NCBI GenBank assembly: GCA_965206595.1 | Contig: OZ242214.1 | Location: 576,001-640,000, forward strand | Reading direction: 5' to 3' | Length of the DNA stretch: 64,000 nt | Origin: Candidatus Latescibacterota bacterium | GTDB taxonomy: Bacteria > Latescibacterota > UBA2968 > UBA8231 | Shown here: positions 1-10,019 of the stretch, one piece after another | How positions within the stretch are numbered: the first letter of the stretch is position 1 | Layout of the letters: every line of letters starts with the position of its first letter | Made by a program: the position numbers and the translations under genes | The notes under the pieces: generated by a model | Databases searched by the model: none | What the model was told of the DNA's origin: nothing | The model's input: only the letters and a program-made list of their open reading frames with translations

Positions 1-783
1 TTCTTCATCGCCGTGATGTTTGTCACCGTGGCGATCACCGCCGTCCTCCTCCAGCCTCCGCTCGGGGCGGTCCTGAAGGGGCTGGCCTGGCCGACGATTC
101 CCGATCTCACCGGCAACGGGCTGTCCTGGACGATTGCGCTCATGGGCGGGGTCGGCGGCACCGTGACCGTGCTCTGCTACGGCTACTGGATCCGCGAGGA
201 GGGGCGCGGCTCCACCGGCGACCTTGCGGCCTGCCGTTTCGATCTGGGCGTCGCCTATGCGGTGACCGCCCTGTTCGGGATCGCGATGGTGGTGATCGGC
301 AGCGCCATCGAGGCCGACGGCAAAGGGGCGACTCTGGTCATCCGGCTTGCCGACCGCCTCGGAGGGGAGCTCGGGGCGCTGGGGAAATGGGCTTTCCTGA
401 TCGGGGCCTTCGGCGCCATCTTCAGCAGCCTCCTCGGCGTCTGGCAGAGCGTCCCCTACCTGTTCAGCGACCTGTGGGGGATGATGCGGGCCGGCGATTC
501 CCCGCCGCCGCCGGTGAGCACCGACTCGGCGGTGTACCGCTGGTTTCTGTACGGGCTCGCGATCCTGCCGATGGCCGGGCTCTGGGTCGGCTTCGCCAGG
601 ATGCAGAAGACCTACGCCGTCTTCGGCGCCCTCTTCATGCCGATGCTCGCCTTGGTGCTGCTGCTGCTCAACGGGCGCACCGACTGGGTCGGCCGGCAGT
701 ACCGCAACCGGCCGCTGACGACGATCCTTCTCCTGCTCATTCTCATCTTCTTCGCCGCCGCCGGATACTTGGCGGTGACGTGA
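1..783 (+). CDS. NRAMP-like divalent metal / APC-superfamily transporter, 5'-truncated by window edge
   Basis: Frame open from base 1; many hydrophobic helices; 'ALMGGVGGTVTVLCYGYW' and 'GAFGAIFSSLLGVW' typical of bacterial NRAMP-like proteins. Confidence 0.7.
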   Translation, partial: FFIAVMFVTVAITAVLLQPPLGAVLKGLAWPTIPDLTGNGLSWTIALMGGVGGTVTVLCYGYWIREEGRGSTGDLAACRFDLGVAYAVTALFGIAMVVIGSAIEADGKGATLVIRLADRLGGELGALGKWAFLIGAFGAIFSSLLGVWQSVPYLFSDLWGMMRAGDSPPPPVSTDSAVYRWFLYGLAILPMAGLWVGFARMQKTYAVFGALFMPMLALVLLLLNGRTDWVGRQYRNRPLTTILLLLILIFFAAAGYLAVT

Positions 784-802
784 ACCCTGCACTGAGGTTG
801 CG

Positions 803-1636
803 ATGAAAACCGCGCTGATCCCCGAACAGATCGACCACCACCGCCGCGAAGGCTGGACCATCGTCGAGGGCTTTCTCTCCCCGGAAGAGCTCGCGGAGCT
901 CAGCGACGCGGTCGACGATGCAGTGGCGCGCATGGGGGATGCCAAGCTGACCGGCGAAGGCAACGAGCGCATCAAGAAAAACGAGGGGGGGAGCGAGTAC
1001 TACGACCGCGTCTTCCTGCAGCGCCTCAACCTCTGGAAGATCGACGCCACCGTGAGGAAGTACATGCTCGCCCCGGAGCTGGGGGAGATGCTCTGCCGGT
1101 TCGAGGGGATCGACGGCATCCGCGTCTGGCACGACCAGACCCTGCAGAAGGGCCCCTGGGGAAACCCGAGCTCCTGGCATATCGACGTGCCGGCCTGGTC
1201 CTTCTGTTCGCCGCACGCGATCTCGATCTGGATCGCCCTCGACGACGCCACCATCCAGAACGGCTGCATGTACTACATCTCGGGATCCCACCGCGAGGCG
1301 GTGTACGAGAAGCGAGGGGGATTCGGGCCCAACGTCGGCGCCATTTTCGAGGAGTATCCCGAGTGGCGCGGCCGCGACCCGGTCGCCGTCACCCTGAAGG
1401 CGGGGGACGCCGCCCTCCACAACGGGCTGATGGCCCACGCCGCCGGCCCCAACATGACGCCGCGCTCACGCCGCGCCATGACCTGCGCCTACATGCCGGA
1501 CGGGGCCACCTTCAACGGCAACCAGAACATCCTCTCCGACGCGCAGATAGCGAAGCTCGAGATCGGGGACCTGCTCGACGACGAGAGCCAGGTGCCGCTG
1601 GTCTGGTCGAAGGAGATGGCCGCGGCCAACCGGTAG
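803..1636 (+). CDS. Phytanoyl-CoA dioxygenase (PhyH) family Fe(II)/2OG oxygenase
   Basis: 'WHID' HxD motif, 'SIWIALDDATIQNGCM...GSH', distal His in 'HAAGPN...RRA'; GAGG upstream. Confidence 0.9.
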   Translation: MKTALIPEQIDHHRREGWTIVEGFLSPEELAELSDAVDDAVARMGDAKLTGEGNERIKKNEGGSEYYDRVFLQRLNLWKIDATVRKYMLAPELGEMLCRFEGIDGIRVWHDQTLQKGPWGNPSSWHIDVPAWSFCSPHAISIWIALDDATIQNGCMYYISGSHREAVYEKRGGFGPNVGAIFEEYPEWRGRDPVAVTLKAGDAALHNGLMAHAAGPNMTPRSRRAMTCAYMPDGATFNGNQNILSDAQIAKLEIGDLLDDESQVPLVWSKEMAAANR

Positions 1637-1699
1637 CTTCCCCGCCCCTCAGGGCGCCACCGGTTCCATTTACTGAATACAATCTGATACAGTCCCGAA

Positions 1700-2503
1700 T
1701 CAGCCGGCCGTTGGCTGCTCCGCCTCATCCACCAGTCCTCCCGCTGCCACCCACTCCTCGTATTCCCGCTGGCCCACCTCGTCCAACGGGTAGTACCTGG
1801 ACAGGGCGCCCCCCTGCTGCAGCTTCATGCGCACGAAAACTTCCTTCTCGTCGCGTGAACCCCCGATCTCGAGGATCTTCGGGATCAGCCGCGGCGGCAC
1901 TGCAATGGCGCCGCCGTCGTCGGCCATGATCACGTCCCCGGGATGGACCCGCACCTTGCCGCAGGCGATCGGCAGGTTGACGTCGGCGGGGAACATGTTG
2001 AGATGCCCGGCTCCCCCGGTGGCCACCCCGACAGACCAGACCGGCACCTTCAGATCGTTGAAGATCGGCGCCGAATCCCTTATCGCCGCGTCGATCACCA
2101 CGCCGGCTCCTCCCCGGGCCTTGAAGTAGGTCATCAGCATCTCGCCGAAGCAGCCGGTCGCCAGGTCCCCGCGGCCGTCGACCACGATGACGTCCCCCTC
2201 CTGGACGTAGTCGAACACCTCCCACAGGGCGGTGCGCTTCTCCCCTTCCTCCTCCCCTTCGATGACGGACGCTCCCTTTTCCTCTCCCGGGACCTGGTAC
2301 CCCTTCATCAGGTCCTCGCGCATGGGCAGGAAGCGCAGGGTGAGGGCCGGGCCGGCGATCTTGCTGCCGGGAACCCGGGCAACCGGTCCTTCCATGAAGG
2401 TGCGGCGCACGCCGAGGCCCTCCATGGTCGAGGTGACGGTATCGACGCCGATCCTTCCCAGCGCCTCCACTACTTCCCTGGGGGGGCGTTTGATGTCATT
2501 CAT
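1700..2503 (-). CDS. RraA-like / HMG aldolase family protein
   Basis: 'GDVIVVDGRG...FGEML...GGAGVVIDAAIRD' and 'VHPGDVIMADDGG'; GAAGGAG upstream. Confidence 0.85.
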   Translation of the reverse strand: MNDIKRPPREVVEALGRIGVDTVTSTMEGLGVRRTFMEGPVARVPGSKIAGPALTLRFLPMREDLMKGYQVPGEEKGASVIEGEEEGEKRTALWEVFDYVQEGDVIVVDGRGDLATGCFGEMLMTYFKARGGAGVVIDAAIRDSAPIFNDLKVPVWSVGVATGGAGHLNMFPADVNLPIACGKVRVHPGDVIMADDGGAIAVPPRLIPKILEIGGSRDEKEVFVRMKLQQGGALSRYYPLDEVGQREYEEWVAAGGLVDEAEQPTAG

Positions 2504-2608
2504 TTACTTACTCCTTCGGTTTGTGTCTTGTGGTTTCCCTGCCAATATTGAGCCGCGCTAAAGAGGCGCCTATCCCGCGTCTCACACAACCTTCCCGGAG
2601 ACAACCCC

Positions 2609-3430
2609 ATGAGAATCGCACGTATCGCCGACGCCGACCTGAGGGCGGCCGAAAACTGCCACGGCGGAGCCGGCCACCTCGACTACGCCCGCCACTGGGG
2701 CAGGAACGACTTCGAGACCCCCTGGTATTTCGTCCACTGCGGCTCCATTCCCCCGGGCGGCGGCATCGGCCATCACCGCCACGTCAACTGCGAGGAGATG
2801 TTCGTCACCTTCGACAACGCCGCCCAGTTCACCCACAACGGCCGCACCGTCCAGGTCGAGGGGGGCGCCTGCGTCCCCTGCCGCAAGGGGGAGTCGCACG
2901 GCATCTACAACCACACCGCGAAGCCGACCCGGTGGATGAACTTCTGCGTCGCCGACCCGGACGGCGGGTACGACGCCGACGACTTCGGCGACGACCGCGT
3001 CGGCGCCTCCCTGGAGCCGGCCGACCGCATTCCTCTCGGGCGCTTCGACAGATCCCTGCTGACCGGCCACAGCGAGGTGCACAAGGGCAGGGGAGAGATC
3101 GGCATCCGCAACATCTGGCAGCACTCCGACTTCCGCACCAACTGGCATTTCGTCGCCCACGTCCTGATGCCACCGGGGACCTCGATAGGATACCACCGCC
3201 ACGACACCGTCGAGGAGACCTACGTCGTCATCGACGGCTGCGGGCGCATGACGGTCGACGGCGAAACCGAGGAGGTGTATGCCGGCGCCTCGATCCCGAA
3301 CCGGCTCGGCGGCACCCACGGGATCTTCAATCACCGCCAGGAAGACCTCGAGCTGTTCGTCATGGCGGTGACCCTGGAGCCCGGGGTGGCCGACAGCGAG
3401 GACCTCGGCGACGACCTCGTGAACCGCTGA
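2609..3430 (+). CDS. Bicupin protein (two cupin_2 domains)
   Basis: Two repeats: 'GIGHHRH..CEE...GESHGIYN' and 'SIGYHRH..VEE...GGTHGIFN'; GGAG SD. Confidence 0.85.
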   Translation: MRIARIADADLRAAENCHGGAGHLDYARHWGRNDFETPWYFVHCGSIPPGGGIGHHRHVNCEEMFVTFDNAAQFTHNGRTVQVEGGACVPCRKGESHGIYNHTAKPTRWMNFCVADPDGGYDADDFGDDRVGASLEPADRIPLGRFDRSLLTGHSEVHKGRGEIGIRNIWQHSDFRTNWHFVAHVLMPPGTSIGYHRHDTVEETYVVIDGCGRMTVDGETEEVYAGASIPNRLGGTHGIFNHRQEDLELFVMAVTLEPGVADSEDLGDDLVNR

Positions 3431-3510
3431 GGTTCCGGTCCGGCAACCGCCGCCACTGTTTTACCCATTACCGGGCGACGGCATGCCGCCCGGCTTTCCG
3501 ATACCTCTCC

Positions 3511-4260
3511 ATGGCCCAGCAGTGGGACCCGGAACAGTACGAGCGGGAGGGCGGCTTCGTCGCCGACTACGGGCGCGAGGTCGCCGCGATGCTCGATCCG
3601 CAGCCGGGGAAACGCATCCTCGACCTCGGCTGCGGCGACGGCAGGTTGTCGGAGTTCCTGGCGAGATCCGGTTGCAGGCTGGTCGCCGCCGACTCGAGCC
3701 CGGAGCAGGTGGGCGCGGCGCGCGCCCGCGGCCTCGACGCCCGCGTGGTCGACGCCGTCAGGCTGCGATTCCGGAACGAGTTCGACGCCGTCTTCAGCAA
3801 CGCCGCCCTCCACTGGATCAAGCCGCCCGAGGCGGTCGCCCGCGGGGTCTTCGCCGCCCTCAGGCCGGGAGGCCGCTTCGTCGGTGAGCTCGGCGGCCGC
3901 GGCAACATCGCCGCCATCCGCGGCGCCCTCGCTATTGCCCTGCCGGCGCACGGTCTCGATTTCGCCGACCTCGACCCCTGGTATTTCCCCGGCCAGAAGC
4001 AGTACTCCGAGCTCCTGGAGGCCGCCGGGTTCTCCGTCGACCGCATGGAGCTGTTCGCCCGGCCGACGCCGCTGCCGGGCGGCATCGCCGGGTGGCTGCG
4101 CACCTTCACCCGGGGCTTTCTCGAACAGGTCCCCGAGGCGGAACGGGAGGGGTTCCTCGCCCGCCTCGCCGCGGCGCTGGAGCCGGAGCTGCGGCGCGAC
4201 GACGGAGAGTGGTTCGTAGACTATGTGCGGCTGCGCTTCGCCGCGACGAGACCGGGGTGA
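3511..4260 (+). CDS. Class I SAM-dependent methyltransferase (Tam-like)
   Basis: ATG at 3511 (MAQQWDPEQY); 'ILDLGCGDG', 'FDAVFSNAALHW', C-terminal 'DYVRLRF'. Confidence 0.9.
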   Translation: MAQQWDPEQYEREGGFVADYGREVAAMLDPQPGKRILDLGCGDGRLSEFLARSGCRLVAADSSPEQVGAARARGLDARVVDAVRLRFRNEFDAVFSNAALHWIKPPEAVARGVFAALRPGGRFVGELGGRGNIAAIRGALAIALPAHGLDFADLDPWYFPGQKQYSELLEAAGFSVDRMELFARPTPLPGGIAGWLRTFTRGFLEQVPEAEREGFLARLAAALEPELRRDDGEWFVDYVRLRFAATRPG

Positions 4261-4312
4261 CGGCCGCAGCCGGCACCCAACCGATTCCCGATCAAGATCA
4301 GGAGGCAGGGCC

Positions 4313-5863
4313 ATGGCCGACCGCCGCTCCAAGGTCCCGCAGCGGACCTACGCTACCACCCTCGACGAGCAGCTGAGACAGCTCGAGACCGATCCGCTGC
4401 TGCAGCGGTTCCAGGCCTCGCGGGAACGGCTCTCCAGCGACCCGCACCGGCCCGTCTACCACTACGTAAATCCCGAGGGCAACCTCAACGACCCGAACGG
4501 GTTCTGCCGTTGGCAGGGGCGCTACCACCTCTTCTACCAGGCGTACCCGCCCGAGGATGTCCGCCAGCACTGGGGGCACGCCTGCAGCGAGGACCTCGTG
4601 CACTGGCGCGACCTGCCGCTGGCCATCTACCCCGACCCGGAGGACAAGTGCTTCAGCGGCTCCACCCTGGTCGAGGAGGACCGCGTCCTCGCCTGCTACC
4701 ACGGCATCGACGAGGGCACCATGATCGCCGTTTCCTCCGACCCCATGCTGCTCAACTGGGAGAAGCTGACCGGGAAGGCCGTCATCCCCGACGTCGAGCC
4801 GGATGCCGCGGGCAACCCCTACCGCGTCGGCGATCCCTGCATCTGGCGGGAGGAGGACGGCTACTACTCCCTCTCCGGGGGATACGTCGACGGTGCCATC
4901 TTCGAGGACTGCCGCATGGCGGAGTTCCTCTTTCACTCGCAGGACCTCGAGCGCTGGATCTACCTGGGGCGTTTCGTCGAGAACGACATCTTCACCGCCC
5001 CGGGGGAGGACGGCGCCGTCCCCTACTTCTGGCCGATCGGCGACCGGCACATCCTGCTGTTCGCCAGCCACCAGCGCGGCTCCCAGTACCTGATCGGCGA
5101 CTACGACAGGCTGCGCCGCCGCTTCCGGGCAAGCGGCCACGGCCGCTTCAACTTCGGACCGCTGCGCAACGGCGGCGTGCACGCCCCGTCGGCCTTTCCC
5201 GACGGCGACGGCGGTATCCTGCTGATCCACAACATCAACCACGGCCGCAACACCGAAGACTGGAACCACATCATGTCCCTGGTGCGGAGGCTCACCCTCA
5301 ACGACGACGGCTCCCTGCGGATCGAGCCGGTGGCGGCGATAGAGGGGCAGCGCGGCGAGCACCGGCGTATCGGCGCAACCACGCTGCTCCCCCGGGAGTA
5401 CGTGCTGCCCGGGATCGAGGGGAACGCCATGGAGCTGTCGCTGGCGCTCGATCCGGGCAGCGCCCGCGAGCTGAGGATCGAGGTGCTGCGCTCCCCCGAC
5501 CGCCGGGAGCACACCACGATCCGCTATCTCAGGGAGGGGGGGCTGGCCCAGAGTCCGGGGGACTACCGCTGGAAGGGAGACGCCCTGGTTATCGACAACG
5601 CCCGCAGCAGCTCGGCCTCCCCCGAGGTGCTGGCGCGGCCCCCCGAGATTGCGCCGTTCCAGCTCGCCGAAGGGGAGCTTCTCGAGCTGCGCATCTTCAT
5701 CGACAGGAGCGTCGTCGAGCTGTTCGCCAACGGCCGGCAGGCCATGGGCCTGCGCGCCTACCCCGACCGCAGGGACAGCGTCGGGGTGTCGATCACCGCG
5801 GTCGGCGGCCGGGCCTCCATGCTGTCGCTCGACGCCTGGCAGATGCGCAGAATCTATTCCTGA
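4313..5863 (+). CDS. Glycoside hydrolase family 32-like protein with atypical catalytic motifs
   Basis: GGAGG before ATG 4313; 'NDPNG', 'YHLFYQ', 'HWGHA.SEDLVHW', 'FSGS', C-terminal 'IFIDRSVVELFAN'. Confidence 0.85.
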   Translation: MADRRSKVPQRTYATTLDEQLRQLETDPLLQRFQASRERLSSDPHRPVYHYVNPEGNLNDPNGFCRWQGRYHLFYQAYPPEDVRQHWGHACSEDLVHWRDLPLAIYPDPEDKCFSGSTLVEEDRVLACYHGIDEGTMIAVSSDPMLLNWEKLTGKAVIPDVEPDAAGNPYRVGDPCIWREEDGYYSLSGGYVDGAIFEDCRMAEFLFHSQDLERWIYLGRFVENDIFTAPGEDGAVPYFWPIGDRHILLFASHQRGSQYLIGDYDRLRRRFRASGHGRFNFGPLRNGGVHAPSAFPDGDGGILLIHNINHGRNTEDWNHIMSLVRRLTLNDDGSLRIEPVAAIEGQRGEHRRIGATTLLPREYVLPGIEGNAMELSLALDPGSARELRIEVLRSPDRREHTTIRYLREGGLAQSPGDYRWKGDALVIDNARSSSASPEVLARPPEIAPFQLAEGELLELRIFIDRSVVELFANGRQAMGLRAYPDRRDSVGVSITAVGGRASMLSLDAWQMRRIYS

Positions 5864-6351
5864 ATCGGCTGCACTTTTTTGCGCAGGCTCCCTCCCGGTG
5901 GGCCCCCGGAGGCCGGCCGGGCGGACGACCGGGTTTCCCGGCAGCCCCCCCGGCCGGGACGTTGCCCCGTTCCCGCACCGCCGCTGCGGATGGCTGCCTG
6001 ACCGGCACCGGCCGAGCCGAAAGCATTGTCCGCTGCGGGCGGCCTTAAATCGGCCGCTTCTTCTCACACTCCGTCAGCGAGCGAGGACACCTTGCCCCCA
6101 GGTTCGCGCGCTCTTTCGTACTGTCAGCAGAAATACCGGGGACAGGGTAGTACTGAGAGCTTTTCAATCGTCAATAACCTCATAAGTCATTTCGGCCACT
6201 TCCCGGTATCCCCGAGTGCCTGGCCGGGTTCTCCCGCGCCGCGGATCCCCTGTATCCGTATCCGCCATCCGCCTATCTTCGGTCGAACAACCCATCCAGG
6301 CCGTCCCGGCAGAAGAATGCAGGCCAATAACCCCGTCAAGGAGGCCCTCTC

Positions 6352-7074
6352 ATGGAAAACTCAGCGACGCAGTCCCCGCAAATCGGCCTGATCGGCCGCA
6401 TGATCCGGGTCTTCTACGCCCCCCGGGAAACCTTCGAGGATGCAGCGGCGTCGAGAACGGCGATCGACTGGGTGGCTCCTGCCGCGGTCTCGGCCATCGT
6501 CGCCCTCGCGGCCGCGGTTGCGATCGTGCCCCTGGCCATGGAAGAGGGGGCTCGCGTTATGCAGGAACAGATGCAGGGCCAGGAGCTCAGCGACGAGCAG
6601 CGCGAGATGATGGAGAAGATGACAGGGGCCGGGCAGACTTTCGGCATCGTCGTGGCGCCGGCCGGCAGCTTCGTCGTGCTGTTCGTCTCCGCCCTGGTGC
6701 TGCTCGGGGCGGCCAGGATCGCCGGCGCCGATGTCGGCTACTCCGGGATGCTGACCGTGAGCGCCTACTCGTCGCTGGTACAGGCGCTGAAGGGAATCAT
6801 CGTCACCCCGCTGATGCTTTCCAAGAAAAGCATGGTGGTGCATACCGGCCTCGGACTCCTGCTCCCCGGGGAGATGATGAACACCTTCGCCGGCCGCTTT
6901 CTCGCCGGCATCGAGATCTTCATGCTGTGGCAGGTCGTCATCGTCGCCGTGGGGATCTCCGCTCTCGGCAGGGTGGATACCCGCAAGGCCCTCGTTCCGG
7001 TGGTGGTGCTGTGGCTGATCTGGCTGCTGATCGCCGCCAGCCTCGGAGGCCTGCAGCAGATGGGAGCCCGGTGA
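6352..7074 (+). CDS. Yip1-family membrane protein (YknW-like)
   Basis: AAGGAGG SD; 'RVFYAPRETFE' start, about five TM helices; first gene of the exporter operon. Confidence 0.8.
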   Translation: MENSATQSPQIGLIGRMIRVFYAPRETFEDAAASRTAIDWVAPAAVSAIVALAAAVAIVPLAMEEGARVMQEQMQGQELSDEQREMMEKMTGAGQTFGIVVAPAGSFVVLFVSALVLLGAARIAGADVGYSGMLTVSAYSSLVQALKGIIVTPLMLSKKSMVVHTGLGLLLPGEMMNTFAGRFLAGIEIFMLWQVVIVAVGISALGRVDTRKALVPVVVLWLIWLLIAASLGGLQQMGAR

Positions 7075-7151
7075 CGGCGCTCCCCGGGACGGCCGCGTCC
7101 CGCATGAAGCAAGCACCGAACCCGCTGTTCCCGAGGTCGGGAGACTGAACG

Positions 7152-8759
7152 TTGGCGGAAACCGCGCGCCGAAATAGGGGCCGCCGCTCTGTTTGGCTCA
7201 GGCTGCTGGTCTTCGCCCTGCTTGCCGGGGCCATCGGAGCGGTCGTCTACCTCAACCTCGACAAGGAGACCCCGGTGGAGACCTTCGCCACCGTCTCCGT
7301 CGAGCGCCGCGACCTCGTCGACAAGCTCGCCGAGACCGGCAGCATCGAGCTGGTGCGCACGGTCGAGGTCAAATCGACCATTTCCGGCGTGATCCGGTCG
7401 CTCCACTTCGAGACCGGCGACGGGGTCGGCGGCGGCCGGCTGATGGCCGTCATCGAGCCCGACCCCAACCAGACCCTGCAGCTGTTCCAGAAGCGCTCCG
7501 CGGCCGAGAACGCCCGCATCAGCCTCCACGAGCAGGAAAAGGACTACTCGCGCAAGAAAACCCTGTTCGAGAGCGGCATGCTGCCCAAAAAAGGTTTCGA
7601 GGATGCCGACGGCGCCCTTACCCGGGCCCGGAACAGCCTGCGGCTGGCCGAGCGCGAGCTCGAGATCCTCGAGACCAAGGCCAACCACAGCGTTGCGGGA
7701 CAAAGCCGGGACTCCGAGCTGGACGAGGTCCGCGTTCTCGCCCCGATCAGCGGGGTCGTGATCAAAAGGGAAGTAGAGACCGGGGAGATCGTCGCCTCCG
7801 GAACCTCGCTGTCCGGAGGCACCGTGCTGTTCGAGATCGGCGACCCGAGCCAGATGATCGTGCGCGCCGACATAGCCGAGATCGACATCGGCGACCTCCG
7901 CACCGGGCAGGAGGTCGACATCGTCGTCGACGCCTTCGCCGACACCACCTACCGCGGCACGGTCCGCTGGATCGCCCCGGTCGGCGAGAAGAAGCAGGGC
8001 AGCACCATCGTGACCTTCGACGCCGAGATCGACATCCTCGACCGCGAACCGCGCCTGCGCCAGGGCATGTCGTGCGACCTCGACATCATCTTCCGGCGCC
8101 GCGAGGGCACCCTCAGCCTTCCAGTGGAGGCGGTGCTCGAGCTGTTCGACGAGGAGGAGGAAGAGCAGTCCGAGGTGAAGGGGCGCCGCGGCCGCTTCGT
8201 GACCTACCTCTATTCCCCTGCCGACTCGGCCGCGGCCGGAACCGACGGGGACGGGCTCCCGGCAGCGGAGGGTACGCCTGTTGCCGCCGCGCACGATTCC
8301 GCCGCAGGTGCGAGCGGCGGTCGCCTCGGCGACACCCCCGGAGCGGCTTCAGGTACCTCCCCTGCCGGCAGCGCCACCGCCCGGGACTCGACGACAGACC
8401 CGGGGGCCTCGGGCGCCGACTCCCCCGACACCGCTTCCGCAGGCATGGTCCCAGGGGAAGATTCGACCGAAGACCCTGGGACCGACCCGGCCCGTTCCGG
8501 CACCGGGGAAACCGCTTCCACAGACACCGCCGCGGCGAAAGCGGACTCCGCCTCGGGGAAGCCCGCCCCTCCCCAGGTCCCGCTCGACGAGTTCACCGAG
8601 GTCGAGCTGCGCATCGGCCTGGAGACCTCCACGCGAATCGAGGTTCTCTCCGGACTGGGTGAGGGGGATTGGGTCGCCGCCGACCCCGAGGCGATCCGGC
8701 GGAAGCTGAAGATGAACGAGGGACCGCCGGAAGCCGAAGGCCGGGGCGGCCGCTTCTGA
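7152..8759 (+). CDS. Efflux membrane-fusion (adaptor) protein, MacA/YknX-like, with a low-complexity insertion
   Basis: N-terminal TM anchor, 'VEVKSTISG', 'APISGVV', 'LRQGMSCD', 'IEVLSGLGEGD'; TTG start. Confidence 0.85.
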   Translation: MAETARRNRGRRSVWLRLLVFALLAGAIGAVVYLNLDKETPVETFATVSVERRDLVDKLAETGSIELVRTVEVKSTISGVIRSLHFETGDGVGGGRLMAVIEPDPNQTLQLFQKRSAAENARISLHEQEKDYSRKKTLFESGMLPKKGFEDADGALTRARNSLRLAERELEILETKANHSVAGQSRDSELDEVRVLAPISGVVIKREVETGEIVASGTSLSGGTVLFEIGDPSQMIVRADIAEIDIGDLRTGQEVDIVVDAFADTTYRGTVRWIAPVGEKKQGSTIVTFDAEIDILDREPRLRQGMSCDLDIIFRRREGTLSLPVEAVLELFDEEEEEQSEVKGRRGRFVTYLYSPADSAAAGTDGDGLPAAEGTPVAAAHDSAAGASGGRLGDTPGAASGTSPAGSATARDSTTDPGASGADSPDTASAGMVPGEDSTEDPGTDPARSGTGETASTDTAAAKADSASGKPAPPQVPLDEFTEVELRIGLETSTRIEVLSGLGEGDWVAADPEAIRRKLKMNEGPPEAEGRGGRF

Positions 8760-8790
8760 CCCGGGCCGCACCCCGAAGCCCCGGCACCGC

Positions 8791-10019
8791 ATGGTCATCT
8801 ACGAGCCCATCGCCGTAGGCCTGGCTCAGCTCAGGGCGAACAAGCTCCGCTCCCTGCTCACCCTGCTCGGCATCGTCATCGGCGTCGCTTCCGTGATCGG
8901 CATCGTCTCCCTCGGCGGCGGCCTGCGGCGCACCGTGATGGGAGAGTTCGCGCGCGAGGGCGGAGCCGCGGCGATCACCGTGGGGCCCCCGAACACCCTG
9001 GAGCGGGTCGGCGGCCGCTGGGTGCAGCGCCACTGGGCGGAGCACCTGACCTCCGGGGACCTGCGCGCGATCCGCGCCGAGACCGGCCTCATCCGCACGG
9101 CCGTGCCCACGGTTTCCGCCAGCGCCGAGCTGCGCTACCTAAAGACGACGGCCAACGCCGGGGTCACCGGCACCTCCGAGGAGTACGGCCCCGCCTTCCA
9201 CTGGGGCGTCGCCGCGGGCCGCCACCTGAGCGCCGACGACGTCCGCTTCAACCGCAAGGTCTGCGTCCTGGGGGCGAAGGTGCGCGAGGACCTCTTCGGC
9301 GACGCCGACCCGGTCGGGGAGGAGGTCAAGCTCAACGGCGACCGCTACACCGTGATAGGCGTGCTCGAGCCGCGGCTGCGCTTCGGGCGCGAGCAGGGCC
9401 GCGCCGTCCTCATTCCCTACACCACCGCGCAGAGGCGCTTCACGGGGGAACGCCGGCTCGGCGAGATCTCCCTGTTCGCCGCGGAGATCGAGGACGTCCC
9501 GGCGGTGGCCGCAGCAGCGCACCGGGTGCTGCGGCGGCGCCACGAGCACGGCGACGATTTCCGGGTCGAGACCAACAGGGAACAGATCGAGGACGCCAAC
9601 AGCGTCATCGGCACCATGCAGAAGATCGCCGGCGGCATCGCCGGCATCTCCCTGCTGGTCGGGGGCATCGGCATCATGAACATCATGCTCGTATCGGTGA
9701 CGGAACGGACCCGGGAGATCGGCATCCGCAAGGCGATCGGGGCGCGCTCCGGGCAGATCCTGTTCCAGTTCCTCACCGAGGCGGTGGTGCTCGCCGGGGC
9801 CGGCGCCGCTCTCGGGACCGCCTTCGGCATCGGCTTCGGCGCCGCCATCGAGGCGGTCATTCGCTGGCTCGCCCAGGGTCCCCCTTCTCCAGCGTCGTCA
9901 CCCTTCCGTCCGTGCTCTGGGCAGTGGGGGCGGCCTGCGGAATCGGCGTCTTCTTCGGCGTCTACCCCGCCTTTCGCGCCGCGGGCATGGATCCGGTCGA
10001 GGCCCTGCGCTACGAATGA
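8791..10019 (+). CDS. MacB/FtsX-like ABC permease, frameshifted near 9876-9885
   Basis: 'NKLRSLLTLLGIVIGV', '[17 protein letters not shown]'; the conserved C-terminus '[24 protein letters not shown]' continues in another frame after a C5 run; TGA 10017-10019 overlaps the next ATG. Confidence 0.85.

Noticed and set aside
5864-6351. ~490-bp intergenic region as a riboswitch or ncRNA
   Set aside because: GC-rich hairpins are possible but I recognised no known RNA motif; an Rfam search would be needed
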